DNA of 63,867 bases, filler included, from Octopus bimaculoides (GCF_001194135.2; 6 parts of 6 records of this genome joined end to end with filler, not necessarily neighbours in it), one strand, 5' to 3'. Shown: positions 11,101 to 24,638, counted from the whole stretch's first letter. Numbers and translations: made by a program. Notes: generated by a model from the sequence alone, not told the origin.

Positions 11101-12944
11101 AATGTTTCTATTTTTGGTTTTACTCAATGGATTATCTACTTGCAAAGGTTTGTAACTTAATTCACTCTAATGCATTCGTTTAGCTTCTAAAAAAACACCC
11201 TGTTTTAATTTAATAGCTTGATCCATTTTTCAAATTTCTGTTTTCAATGTTTTATATTTCCTCTGTTGAAGTAATATTACTTTCGAGATTTTTGATCCTG
11301 TCCGTTTTAAATTTAAAATTTTAGACTTTCGATAAATTTGCTTTTTATGGGGCCACATATTTATGTCTCTGTTCTCATATATTTTGACTATATGTTTTCT
11401 CTTGCAATTTATCTCTTGTTAACACTTTTGTTTCCAAACAGAATTATTTTAGGGTTTCTAGTTTTTTCCTTTCATATTGATAGCTGTGATGTACAACATG
11501 TTTTGTAAAAAATTAATTCATTTATTTGTTCTGTATTTATGTTACTCGGCTATCTATCTATATCTCTCTATATCCATCTATGTATACATGTATATATATA
11601 TATATATATATATNNNNNNNNNNNNNNNNNNNNNNNNNNNNNNNNNNNNNNNNNNNNNNNNNNNNNNNNNNNNNNNNNNNNNNNNNNNNNNNNNNNNNNN
11701 NNNNNNNNNNNNNNNNNNNNNNNNNNNNNNNNNNNNNNNNNNNNNNNNNNNNNNNNNNNNNNNNNNNNNNNNNNNNNNNNNNNNNNNNNNNNNNNNNNNN
11801 NNNNNNNNNNNNNNNNNNNNNNNNNNNNNNNNNNNNNNNNNNNNNNNNNNNNNNNNNNNNNNNNNNNNNNNNNNNNNNNNNNNNNNNNNNNNNNNNNNNN
11901 NNNNNNNNNNNNNNNNNNNNNNNNNNNNNNNNNNNNNNNNNNNNNNNNNNNNNNNNNNNNNNNNNNNNNNNNNNNNNNNNNNNNNNNNNNNNNNNNNNNN
12001 NNNNNNNNNNNNNNNNNNNNNNNNNNNNNNNNNNNNNNNNNNNNNNNNNNNTATATATATGAAATACAAAAACACGTGTAGTAAATATGCATACGAATAT
12101 ATACTAGATATATATATATATATATGTGTGTGTATGTTGAAAGAAAGCGAGAGAGACATAATATAATATGCATAGAAAAAATATAAACATATAATATATA
12201 TGTATGCATATACGTACACCCATACACACACAAACGCACACAGGTATGTATATAAACATACACACATAAGCATTAGTGGCGTCTACCACTACTTAATGGA
12301 TCACATAAAATTTTAAGAATGGAAGCCATATAACTGAAGTAGAGCATGCGTAGTGTGCATGTGCCCACTCTGCAGTTGTCTGTTTTAAAAATGAAAGATA
12401 TTTCTTTTATTAAAATAGGGTTTGTTATTGGCATTCATTCATGTATGTTAGGCATGCACTGCCGAGATTGCATTCATACGGGCAACTCATTAATGTAGAA
12501 AGATGCAGTAAAAGTCTTTTTTTTATATTTTTTATTTTTGTATTTTATTTAGTTTTGTTTTTCGTTTTTGAGAGGAAACAACTTTATTGCATTCAGCATT
12601 TTACTAAACTATATTAATCACTCTGCTGAACAGCGTAGAATTCCTAACGTACTTTGCGGTCTACTTTGGTTTCAGCGAGCTATATTAGATTAAATTTCGC
12701 TCCTAAAATCGAGCACTTTCTTCCACAGATAATTACAATGTAAAAAGTAACCCATCAACTTCTCAAAAGAGATATACATACCAATACTTTCCAAAAGACT
12801 ATACAGGTAATTACTAATACAAAGAAGAAAGGACAGGAAAGAGATGACTTTACTGTATGTTATTGAATATAAAAAAGGACTCCGGTAAATTATAAGGATT
12901 TCTCACCATACTTCAGTATTTGCTTTGTTCTCAGCGAGCACTAT

Positions 12945-13011
<67 letters not shown>

Positions 13012-13020
13012 GTCTATCTA

Positions 13021-13119
<99 letters not shown>

Positions 13120-13216
13120 GTCTATCTATAATATAATATAATATAATATAATATAATATAATATAATATAATATAATATAATGTAATATAATATAATATA
13201 ATGTAATATATATATG

Positions 13217-13780
13217 CAGTAATACCTCATTTTACGAGGATCCACGTTACGAGATCCCGCGTTTACGAGTTTTATTTTTCGAGCACAATGTCCAAATTTT
13301 AAACGTAGGGCAAAAGTTTCTACTACCATAACAAATGTTTCTGCGTGCTGCCAAGAAATTTATAGGGAGCGGTAAAAAAAAAGCTTCTTCTAAGCAAACA
13401 ACTCTAGACTTGCTTTTTAAAAAGAAATCTACAAGCCCGTCTACGAGTGCTTGTGAATCGGTGATCGCGTCTACAAGTGTTGGTGCCCGTGAGTCTAGTG
13501 AGAGTGAAATGGATTCAGAAAACGATTAAAACAATAATATTGTTTTGTTTTAAATGATCTTGATTTTCTTTTTACTTCACATAAAATATTATTTACCTTC
13601 TACTGTTGATTTAATGTCATTTATATACGTGTATGATACATTTTATTGATAAACTATTTTTCTGAGAACGAATTACGATTTATAACATTGCTACTATGGA
13701 AAACTTTTGCCCTGTTTTACGAGTTTTCGCTTTTCGAGCGACCTCCGGGTATAAATTAACTCGTATATCGAGGTATTATT
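13217..13780 (+). mobile_element. pogo/Tigger-type non-autonomous element
   Basis: TIRs cagtaatacctcattttacgag / ctcgtatatcgaggtattatt; internal ORF 13335-13529 with KQTTLDLLFKK, like pogo transposase C-termini. Confidence 0.75.
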
Positions 13781-13783
13781 ATA

Positions 13784-14166
13784 CAAGTCGTCGCTGACTT
13801 ACGACCGCAATTGGTACCGACTGACTGGTCGTAAGTCGATTTGGTTATAAGTCGGCCAATGGGCCTACATAGCTTTGTTCTATATTTTTACGTTTTTAAG
13901 GTACATTCTCAGGCAAAAGTCACACACAACATTCTGTATTACACTACTATACTGGCGTTAGTCAAAATCTTCCGAGTTTCAAGCAGTCGTCTTAAAAACA
14001 AATCCGGAGTTGCCTCGATCTCTCCTCGACAGAATAGTCATCCAACACAGTGGCGATCAAAAACCAAACCTAGGACTATTCATTATTGCTGCCGGGAGCT
14101 GGCGCGGCAATTGTCGTAAAGTCGATCGGTCGTAAGTCGAATTGGCCGTAAGTCGACGATGTCTTG
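13784..14166. mobile_element. Tigger-like MITE
   Basis: TA-flanked TIRs caagtcgtcgctgacttacgacc / ggccgtaagtcgacgatgtcttg; repeated subterminal gtcgtaagtcga motifs. Confidence 0.75.
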
Positions 14167-14170
14167 TATA

Positions 14171-14205
<35 letters not shown>

Positions 14206-14231
14206 TGTATGTATGTATCTATCTATCTATC

Positions 14232-14273
<42 letters not shown>

Positions 14274-14342
14274 AACGTACATATATCTATCTATCTATAT
14301 ATATCTATATATATATACAAACATATATCTATATCTATATAT

Positions 14343-14443
<101 letters not shown>

Positions 14444-14986
14444 CACATACATTCATACATACATACATACATACATGGATATATATACGTGGATAGCACT
14501 ACATAGCATAGAAAGCTCATATATAAAACGGATGCTTCTTTAATGTTCAGCACAAATTCAAGCTGACTTGTTTCTTCGTTTCTTCTTAGATAAAGGCTAC
14601 TCTACTTCTTTATTCGTTTAATATAACTTCCATGTTTCTACCTTGTCTTACTACGATTGCTAAACATGATATCAAACACACACGACTCTTCTTGACATAA
14701 GCCATGCACTGTAATTAAAGTATCTTATCTCTTGTTGATTGCTAAAGCAATACTGATTGGTAACACATCGAAAAGTTTCAGCAAACATCAATGTCTTCTT
14801 TTTATATTTTTTATTCACATCTACCACCAAAATATCTAATCAACCCTCTTGCTCTTGTCCCCTTCGAAATCTAATTTCGTCACCAAATCACTTATTCCCT
14901 ACTGTTGTTCATGTTATTCATGTTGTTGTTGTTGTAGTTGTTATTAGTAGTATCATTATTGTTATTATTATTATTGTTGTTGTCGC

Positions 14987-15047
<61 letters not shown>

Positions 15048-15822
15048 TTTATTACTACTATCGTTGTTATTGTTAGTTTATTGTTGTTGGTGGTATTTTC
15101 TTGTTCTTGCTAGTAATGTGGTTTTGTCATTATTTTCGTGCTTTTATACTCGCTCCTTCAATTCTAATTCCAAAACCCGAGACTACATTTTTATCGTATT
15201 CTAAGCATCATGTCTACATTCCATTTTGATTTTCTGACTTTTCATTTGTCTTCTTTCCATATTTACCTTATATTTTGTTTTTATTCATTTTCCTATGTTT
15301 TTGCTTGCTTCTTGTTCACTCTAACCTCTTCTTCCTTCCCTAATTTCTTTATTTTTTCAATTTTTTTCTGTTTTTATATTTTCTTCTCCAGCTGATGACG
15401 TTTGTGTTATCTTGAATCAATACTTCCGATTTGGTCAGTGCCATTCCATGACATTTTGCTTTACCTATCTGCCAAATATATCGGGCCGAAACCCCCACTA
15501 GCAGCAGAAATACACACACAAATAACTAAATATGCATCTAACCACATATATGCATTTGACTGCACACAAGCAAGCAAACATATGGAAGCACAGTCTTATA
15601 AACATACATATATGCACAGATAAAAGAAAATATACAAGCACGCAGTCACACACAGGCAAGGAATGGCAACATGTCGACAATCTAAATAAAATATTCTTGC
15701 TCTTTAAATGTTTGCTTACCATCTACTTTGTTTACCATTTCCTCATCTTATTGTTATTCTTATAATTTATCTTACTACTTTTTCATCATCATAATCATCA
15801 TGATGATCTTCATAATAGTCGC

Positions 15823-15910
<88 letters not shown>

Positions 15911-16672
15911 GTTGTTGTTATTATTATTTACTGTTGTTTGTATTAATGATACTTTTTTCTTTTTTTCATTTTTGCATCCTGTGTTACTCATTAGATTGTG
16001 AAGAAGTTCTAAAATGGAAGCTTAATATCAAACGACGTTAATTAAACATTCTCAACCAATGGGTGACTTACATTCTTATTTTCTTATTTGTTTGTTTTTA
16101 TATTTTCCCTCTCCTCCAATATTGTAAGTTTATTTGATGTCTCCTCTCGTTATTTTTTTTATATTTTGACGAAAGGTTACATGAAAGTGGGGTGTAGAGT
16201 ATGCAAACACAAACAGAAAATGGCTGACACGTCAAGCAGCAAAATAAGACTAATTTTAGTTGATGAAATGAAGTAGTATATAAGTTAAATGTAAGTATTT
16301 TGTTTTATTACAAGTTACTAGATGTAATGATTAAACATAAATAAAAAAAAGTATTCATCATATTGACTAATTTCTATTGCAGCTTCTATCAACATTACAT
16401 GTTACGACGTTGCGTCTTCTGTGGTATATGACATCGTTCACGGCAACAAGTGTGGCAATAAACTGCTTATAGTCCACACACACACACATACACACACACA
16501 TATGCACATACACACACACGCACACATACACATGCATACGTGTTTATACATGTGCAAAGACGCACATATATGGATATAAACACACAAACACATACATAGA
16601 CATTTGTATGTCTGTGCGTGTATCTATGTATATGCATGCCTATATATATGTATATGTATGTATCGATGTATA

Positions 16673-16709
<37 letters not shown>

Positions 16710-17210
16710 NNNNNNNNNNNNNNNNNNNNNNNNNNNNNNNNNNNNNNNNNNNNNNNNNNNNNNNNNNNNNNNNNNNNNNNNNNNNNNNNNNNNNNNNNNN
16801 NNNNNNNNNNNNNNNNNNNNNNNNNNNNNNNNNNNNNNNNNNNNNNNNNNNNNNNNNNNNNNNNNNNNNNNNNNNNNNNNNNNNNNNNNNNNNNNNNNNN
16901 NNNNNNNNNNNNNNNNNNNNNNNNNNNNNNNNNNNNNNNNNNNNNNNNNNNNNNNNNNNNNNNNNNNNNNNNNNNNNNNNNNNNNNNNNNNNNNNNNNNN
17001 NNNNNNNNNNNNNNNNNNNNNNNNNNNNNNNNNNNNNNNNNNNNNNNNNNNNNNNNNNNNNNNNNNNNNNNNNNNNNNNNNNNNNNNNNNNNNNNNNNNN
17101 NNNNNNNNNNNNNNNNNNNTATATATATATATATATTAGACAAAAAGCGATAAAAAGCCAAGGTTGGGAGGAGTTTTCAGGACATTTATAAGGAAAGAGA
17201 TACAGATATA

Positions 17211-17258
17211 GTCTTACAGCTGTTTCTGTGACATTATGGATATCCCTTCATCAGAGAC
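17211..17258 (-). ncRNA. Minimal type I hammerhead ribozyme motif
   Basis: Minus strand gtct-CTGATGA-agggatatccataatgtcaca-GAAA-cagctg-TA-agac: stem I gtct/agac, imperfect stem II gggatat/atgtcac, palindromic loopless stem III acagctgt, GUA triplet. Confidence 0.6.
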
Positions 17259-17724
17259 AATGTGAGATGGTTAAGTAGAGATAAATAATTGAGTTCTAAA
17301 TAAGGAATAATGGAAAAGGAGGAGATAGGGAATATAGTAGGAAATCAGAGAATGAAAGTAGAAATAAAATGTAAGATATTGTAGTTGCAGTTCCATTTTT
17401 CGAGTAAAGTGGTGTATAGAAGTGGTAAAAAAGTTTCCTGCACATGGTAAGTTCCAATGGTAGTTCATGTTCAGTCAGAATCCACGGTTCTATACTTTGA
17501 AATGACTAAACATGAACTACATTAGGACTTAAATACCATGTACAGGAAACCTTTTGACAACTTCTATACACCACTTTACTCGAATAATGGAACTGCAACT
17601 ACAATATCTTACATTTTACTTCTACTTTCATTCTCTTATTTCCTACTATATTCCCTATCTCCTCCTTTTCCATAATTCCTTATTTCGAACTCAATTATTT
17701 ACCTCTACTTAACCATCTCACATC

Positions 17725-17772
17725 GTCTCTGATAAAGGGATATCCATAACGTCACAGAAACAGCTGTAAGAC
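17725..17772 (+). ncRNA. Second hammerhead motif copy with a core mutation (CTGATAA)
   Basis: gtct-CTGATAA-agggatatccataacgtcaca-GAAA-cagctg-TA-agac; G8 to A expected to impair cleavage. Confidence 0.5.
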
Positions 17773-17862
17773 TATATCTATATCACTTTCCTGAAAACTC
17801 CGCGGAGCCTTGGCTTTATCTCTTTTTCTCTAATACATACATACATACATACATACATACAG

Positions 17863-17939
<77 letters not shown>

Positions 17940-19155
17940 NNNNNNNNNNNNNNNNNNNNNNNNNNNNNNNNNNNNNNNNNNNNNNNNNNNNNNNNNNNNN
18001 NNNNNNNNNNNNNNNNNNNNNNNNNNNNNNNNNNNNNNNNNNNNNNNNNNNNNNNNNNNNNNNNNNNNNNNNNNNNNNNNNNNNNNNNNNNNNNNNNNNN
18101 NNNNNNNNNNNNNNNNNNNNNNNNNNNNNNNNNNNNNNNNNNNNNNNNNNNNNNNNNNNNNNNNNNNNNNNNNNNNNNNNNNNNNNNNNNNNNNNNNNNN
18201 NNNNNNNNNNNNNNNNNNNNNNNNNNNNNNNNNNNNNNNNNNNNNNNNNNNNNNNNNNNNNNNNNNNNNNNNNNNNNNNNNNNNNNNNNNNNNNNNNNNN
18301 NNNNNNNNNNNNNNNNNNNNNNNNNNNNNNNNATATATATATATATGTATGTATCCGGTGCATGCCAGTGATCCAATATTACTCATTTACGTATAATACT
18401 AAACGAGTTTAAATTTTTGATAAGCCACTTACTGCGGTAGTTGTCATGATATTACACATTTTGTAGACGTGCTAGGTAATGGAGGGATATAAAGAATCAT
18501 CCCAACAGTGGCCAGGTAGTATGCTAAATGCCTATCAGCCATTGTTAACCCTTTTCAATTACGCTACACGCAGTAAATCACATGCCTAGGTGAGAATTCA
18601 CTTCAGATATAGGAAACGGTGAATAAATCAATCTCTGATATTGTGGATAGCTACCAGACTGAATGAAAATTTGCTGTACAAAACTGAAGCAGAACTAAAT
18701 TAAAATAGTCATCTACGCATCATACTTAATGTACATACACGTTTAATAGCCAAGATATTGGATAGCATCTCTCGTGGAAGTGGTGTGCTAAGAGTTGAAA
18801 TAATGTCGGAGGTACAGGAAAATACTTCCGGTATAAAAAATTCCTAACTCCCCCACCACCACAAGTATTTAAATTTTTCTTCGACAATGGTAAAATAACA
18901 AATACTAAACTAGATATAGACAAAAGCATACAAATGCCAGATGACCAGATGACCAGATGACCACATAACTTCTACATAAAGATGTAATTATTTCTTTGAA
19001 TAAATATCAAACATACGAAAGTAAAGTTCCAAAGAAATAGCAACTATCACGCGTGCGCACGCACATACACACATACACACACGAACACATACAAACACAC
19101 ACACACACACATCACACAAAACTCGAACGCGCGCACACGCACACATACACACACA

Positions 19156-19381
19156 GGCGGTGAGCTGGCAGAAACGTTAGCACGCCGGGCGAAATGCTTA
19201 GCGGTATTTCGTCAGCCGCTACGTTCTGAGTTCAAATTCCGCCGAGGTCGACTTTGCCTTTCATCCTTTCGGGGTCGATTAAATAAGTACCAGTCACGCA
19301 CTGGGGTCGATACAATCGACTTAATCCGTTTGTCTGTTCTTGTTTGTCCCCTCTGTATGTAGCCCCTTGTGGGTAGTAAAG

Positions 19382-19386
<5 letters not shown>
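19156..19386 (+). mobile_element. Near-intact family-C tRNA-derived SINE
   Basis: ggcggtgagctggcagaaacgttagcacgccgggcgaaatgcttagcgg...gagttcaaattccgccgaggtcgactttgcctttcatcctttcggggtcg...agtaccag. Confidence 0.85.
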
Positions 19387-19417
<31 letters not shown>

Positions 19418-19669
19418 NNNNNNNNNNNNNNNNNNNNNNNNNNNNNNNNNNNNNNNNNNNNNNNNNNNNNNNNNNNNNNNNNNNNNNNNNNNNNNNNNNN
19501 NNNNNNNNNNNNNNNNAAAGATATAACTAATCACAATGGATATGTGCTTAATTACTTTCTTAACTAAACTATTCCTAAAAACTCTTGTCAAAAACAACAT
19601 TTACAACCCTACGCAAGTTTTTACGCACGCGCACACTTCCACACGAAAAATATAACCACATTCTTTTCT

Positions 19670-20000
19670 ATTCTAGACACAAGGCCTGAAATTTTTTGGG
19701 AGGAGCCCAGTCGATTAGATCGACCCCAGTACGCAACTGGTACTTAATTTATCGAACCCGAAAGGATGAAAGGCAAAGTCAACCTCGGCGGAATTCGAAC
19801 TCAGAACATAGAGACAGACTAAATGCTGCTATGCATTTCGCCTGGCGTGCTAACGTTTCTTATTTCTTTATTGCCCACAAGGGGCTAAACATAGAGGGGA
19901 CAAACAAGAACAGACAAAGGGATTAAGTCGCTGACATTGACCCCAGTGCGTAACTGGTACTTTATTTATCGACCCCGAAAGGATGAAAGGGAAAGTCGAC
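19670..20000 (-). mobile_element. Family-C SINE copies (tandem or partly duplicated)
   Basis: Reverse complement of the 19156 element; the gaccccag...ctggtactt...gaaaggatgaaagg block occurs twice. Confidence 0.75.
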
Positions 20001-20056
20001 CACACCTTTCATCAGAAAAATGCATTCTTATTTTTAAGAGAGTAGGGTGGTATTTC

Positions 20057-21392
20057 AGAGTTTCCATTTGTATAGTTGTTGCGATAAAGTTGAAAGTGAT
20101 TTCGTTAAGCTTGATATCGTTTCTCTCCTAGCAAAGGCTTAGATTAAGTACCTGAGCGTCTAAACTTGGGTTCAAGAATGGTTTTGGGGTTTAGAATTTC
20201 ACTTAGCATCTAAGTGGTCATACGTTTCATGCCATGCGACCGGGAAGATGCTCCCCGTGTTGAATCAGAAATTGGTTTATCACCAATCTTGTTTATATTT
20301 TTGCTGTTGAGGTAGGCACAAATGAACCATAGAATGATGTTCAACCGAATAACGACGGGTTAAGATTACTACCCCCAAAAGAGTAATGGCTCATCCTCGG
20401 AATTCTCTCTTTATCCTGGCCTTTAGCCTTCCATCGCCCTTCCTACTTGGCTTCTTCTGCACCATCATCATCATCATAATCATCGTCGTCGTCGTCGTCA
20501 TCATTATCATCACCATCTTTGTCGTCGTTGTCGTCATCGTCGTCGTCATGACCATCATCATCATCTTCATTTTCACTTTACCCTTCATCATTACCATAAT
20601 CCTCACCAACATCATTAACGTCATCACTGTCATGAGTGATAGGCATTAGAGAAATTAATGCTGATTGATGTTGCTTGTGGTATCGTTGTTTAGCTACAAG
20701 TCAACTCTCATTGACCGGATCTATGATGGAAGACTATACAGTTATGGCCATCCAGCTTCTATTACTGGAATACTATACGTAGTAAATCGATGAACATCGA
20801 TATTAACGGTGAGAATTCGATTTGCAGATCAACTGAACAGGTTCCTCATTGAATTTACTTTACGTTGCTGAGTATTCCTCAGAATAGTGTACGCCTAACA
20901 TAATTATCAAGCCAAACCACAATGACTTACTGTGTAATAACGCCAGGACTTTACGTTACGGGTAAAACTCATCGAACAGACTTCTGCACAGTATCGGTTA
21001 ACTCCGTTTCACTCACGAACTTTGATCCAACTCAAGACTACATAAAAAGCCATTTATTCAAGATGGCAGGCAGTTAGCTGGAAGCTGGACTTCGTAATAG
21101 CAAAGTAAGCCTCTTAACTCTTCAGCTGTTCTCTATCCATCATCTAATTGCATTTATCCTATTTGTAAAAGTAAGTGCAGTGTGGTTTGGAAGCGATTTT
21201 GCTGCTAGAGCTTGTCTTTAGAGTTTCCATTCGTATAGTTGTTGCGATAAAGTTGAAAGTGATTTCGTTAAGCTTGATATCGTTTCTCTCCTAGCAAAGC
21301 TTAGATTAAGTACCTGAGCGTCGAAACTTGGGTTCAAGAATGGTTTTGGGGTTTAGAATTTCACTTAGCATCTAAGTGGTCATACGTTTCAT
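20057..21392 (+). repeat. ~174-bp direct repeat pair (20057-20230 and 21220-21392)
   Basis: agagtttccatt..gtatagttgttgcgataaag...ctaagtggtcatacgtttcat present twice with about four differences. Confidence 0.9.
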
Positions 21393-24300
21393 CTTAGTGG
21401 GTTATATCGGTATAGATTCATCTCACTAAAATCTTGTTAATGGCATCTGTTAGAGAGAAACTATGAAAGTCTTTAGGGCGGACCATTTCTCTTTTGGGAT
21501 GGTAAGCTTAAACTGTCATTATTCGGTTACAGGTCATACTATGTTTCACGCGTGCCTTAGTTACAAGCATTCAGATCATATATCTAGTCTGCGGAGAATT
21601 CTCTCTTTTGCATATTACTATTTAAAGATGAAGTCTAGAAGTGCTCGCGAGTGACTGAAAGTTCACCTTAGGAATATACTCACCCACAGTCGAGGTAATA
21701 AAACTTTGAAGTGCGGAATGAGTTGTTATTTTAAGGAAAGGAAAGGGAATCTGGAGCGCAGAATAGCTCTGATAACAGCTTGGGAGATCAGTTAAATACT
21801 CACAGAAAACGGGGGGTGGGTGGGTGGAAAAAAAGTGCCTTAATGGGAAAGAAAAAAGGTTTCAGTCATAACAGAGATTCGAAACTTGTACCTGCCAAAG
21901 CTAAGCGCTCTGTACCATTAAACCACGCGATCCTTGAACCCTGGCTGTGCAGGCGTGTGGCTTAGTGGTTAGATTGTTTGACTAATGATTGTAAGATTAT
22001 GGTTGTGATACTTTGACCGGTTTTGATTCCTGGTTTAGTGTGGGAGGTTTAAAAATAGTTCAGGAGTGGTGTGTTCTATCCTGGGTTCAATCTAGGCAAA
22101 GGGATGCAGTATATAGTTCGAGGTAAAGAAAGCAAGTAATGTCATCTCTGGATAGAACAACCTTATATCATTTATTACACATATACAAATAGAAAACGCA
22201 CAAACATCACAAAATCTCGAGTGTTACATATTCAGGTCCAGTGAAGTAGCCCGGTACGCGGTCTCTCGTGGTGCTAACAGCAGCAGCTATATCTTCCTCA
22301 AAGTTGGGTTAAAGAAATGTAAGGTTCTGTTTGAAACCAAAGAGCACGGCTGAATGTTGCTGTTCTTTAGCTGACTGAGTAGAGCTTTGATCAAAGGCGT
22401 TCTAACAATATTCACCCCATGTATTCAAATGTGTAGTCCAATGTGACTCTCCGTTTTAAGAGGGTAGGCTGTAAATTGAGGAAAAAGTGACTTATTTCAA
22501 ACAATTCAACTGATTGCATTAGAGGTTCATTTGTTGGCTCTGCGTAATAGACTGGAAGAAATCGTGATGTTGGAATGTTTAAGTGTTTTCTGAATATATA
22601 TGTATTAAAAAAAGGAGGTACGTATGCCTCAGTCTCATATTGAAATCGTGTCGCTAGGATGGATTCCTATGTGTCAATCAGGAAAAAAATAAACAATATC
22701 ATTCTAGATTGAATCGAATATCTTTAACATATATTAAATACTCAATTAACCTTGTGCCTTCCCAAGAAACTTATCAAAAATATCATCATCATTATAGTGA
22801 ATATTAAAATAAAAATCATCATCATCATCATCGTCATCGTCTTCGTCGTCGTCGTCGTCGTCATCACCATCATCATCACCATCATCACCATCATCATCAT
22901 CATCACCATCATCATCCCCATTATTATTATTATTGTTAGTATCACTTTTATATAATTAATTCATCATAGCATTTTTATTACCAATTGATCGACAATGTCA
23001 TTATTTCTAAGCTATTGTTCTCAGTGGTGGTAGTAGTAGTGGTAGCAGTAGAAAAAGAAGAAGAAGAAGACGAAGAAGAAAAGCAATAATAATAATAATA
23101 GAAATCGTCGCCATCGCAGTAGTAGTGGCCGTTATTGTTGTTTCTTCACGTTGTTGTTTAAGTTATTGTGGTTGACGTTCTTTTTCACAATTTCATTAAT
23201 CTGTTTATATTTGGGGATGAGGCACATTTTAGAAATGTCTCACTAGCGCAACTCTTGCGTTCGTTTGAGTGTAGTAAAGAGTTTTTTTTTTCTTCGTTAT
23301 TTTCTCTTATTATAAATTTGACTTTATTGCACAGGTTTCTGTTTTTTAGTTTTATAAATAAATATTTCATTGTGAATGTGACTATGCATGTTTATATATA
23401 TATATATATATATATNNNNNNNNNNNNNNNNNNNNNNNNNNNNNNNNNNNNNNNNNNNNNNNNNNNNNNNNNNNNNNNNNNNNNNNNNNNNNNNNNNNNN
23501 NNNNNNNNNNNNNNNNNNNNNNNNNNNNNNNNNNNNNNNNNNNNNNNNNNNNNNNNNNNNNNNNNNNNNNNNNNNNNNNNNNNNNNNNNNNNNNNNNNNN
23601 NNNNNNNNNNNNNNNNNNNNNNNNNNNNNNNNNNNNNNNNNNNNNNNNNNNNNNNNNNNNNNNNNNNNNNNNNNNNNNNNNNNNNNNNNNNNNNNNNNNN
23701 NNNNNNNNNNNNNNNNNNNNNNNNNNNNNNNNNNNNNNNNNNNNNNNNNNNNNNNNNNNNNNNNNNNNNNNNNNNNNNNNNNNNNNNNNNNNNNNNNNNN
23801 NNNNNNNNNNNNNNNNNNNNNNNNNNNNNNNNNNNNNNNNNNNNNNNNNNNNNNNNNNNNNNNNNNNNNNNNNNNTATATATATATATATTCTTACTCAC
23901 AGATATTAATACGCGCACACACATACACCTCACCACACGTTGAGTCCTTTGGTGAACATATCTGACTTTCTTAGACAGAAGAGTTCAATCAGTGTCCGGA
24001 GTGATTGATGAAGTGGTCGAACAGCAGTTGCGAAAATGAAGTGCAAGAGAGGTGGCTGGAGGAGCGGGATAGCTTGCGCGAGGGAGATAGACAGTGAGTG
24101 TGTGCACGAGAGAAAGTACATGTAAGAGTGATTTCGTGTGTATGTGTGTGTGAAATAGATAGAGGCAGTAAAAGGTGGAGAGGAAGAGGAGGAGATTTAA
24201 TTAAAAGGAGAATGTTCCAGGAGTTAACTCTCTGTACAGATGCCTCAGATGGCCCTATTCAGTTACCCGATTAAAAAGTTTCAGGCAGCTACGTTTACTG

Positions 24301-24562
24301 AAACGCCACTGGGTCGCTCACGCTTGATATAAAATCGATAACCAAGCCACCTGATTGATAGAGAAATGCCTGGCTCAATAAACTTAATTAAATGTCCTTT
24401 AAAATCCATTTGTCATTACTTTATGTGTTGTTATTGTTGTTTCAGTAAGGATTGTTTTTCTTGTTATTGTTGCCTCTGCTGTTATTCTTCTTGTGTTTTG
24501 TTTATTGTTTTTGGTTTTTATTATTTGTGTATAGCTTTCTTCTTTCGTTAATTTCATTTCAC

Positions 24563-24638
<76 letters not shown>

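Larger units (their letters stand above)
17134..17835. mobile_element. Foldback (inverted repeat) of probable Penelope pseudo-LTR sequence
   Basis: Arm 17134-17477 is the reverse complement of arm 17503-17835 (diverged, with indels); 25-nt spacer; flanked by (TA)n/(TACA)n; each arm has a hammerhead-like motif. Confidence 0.75.

Noticed and set aside
20190-20260. Minus-strand GAAACGTA with a ggtc/gacc stem
   Set aside because: No CUGAUGA core.
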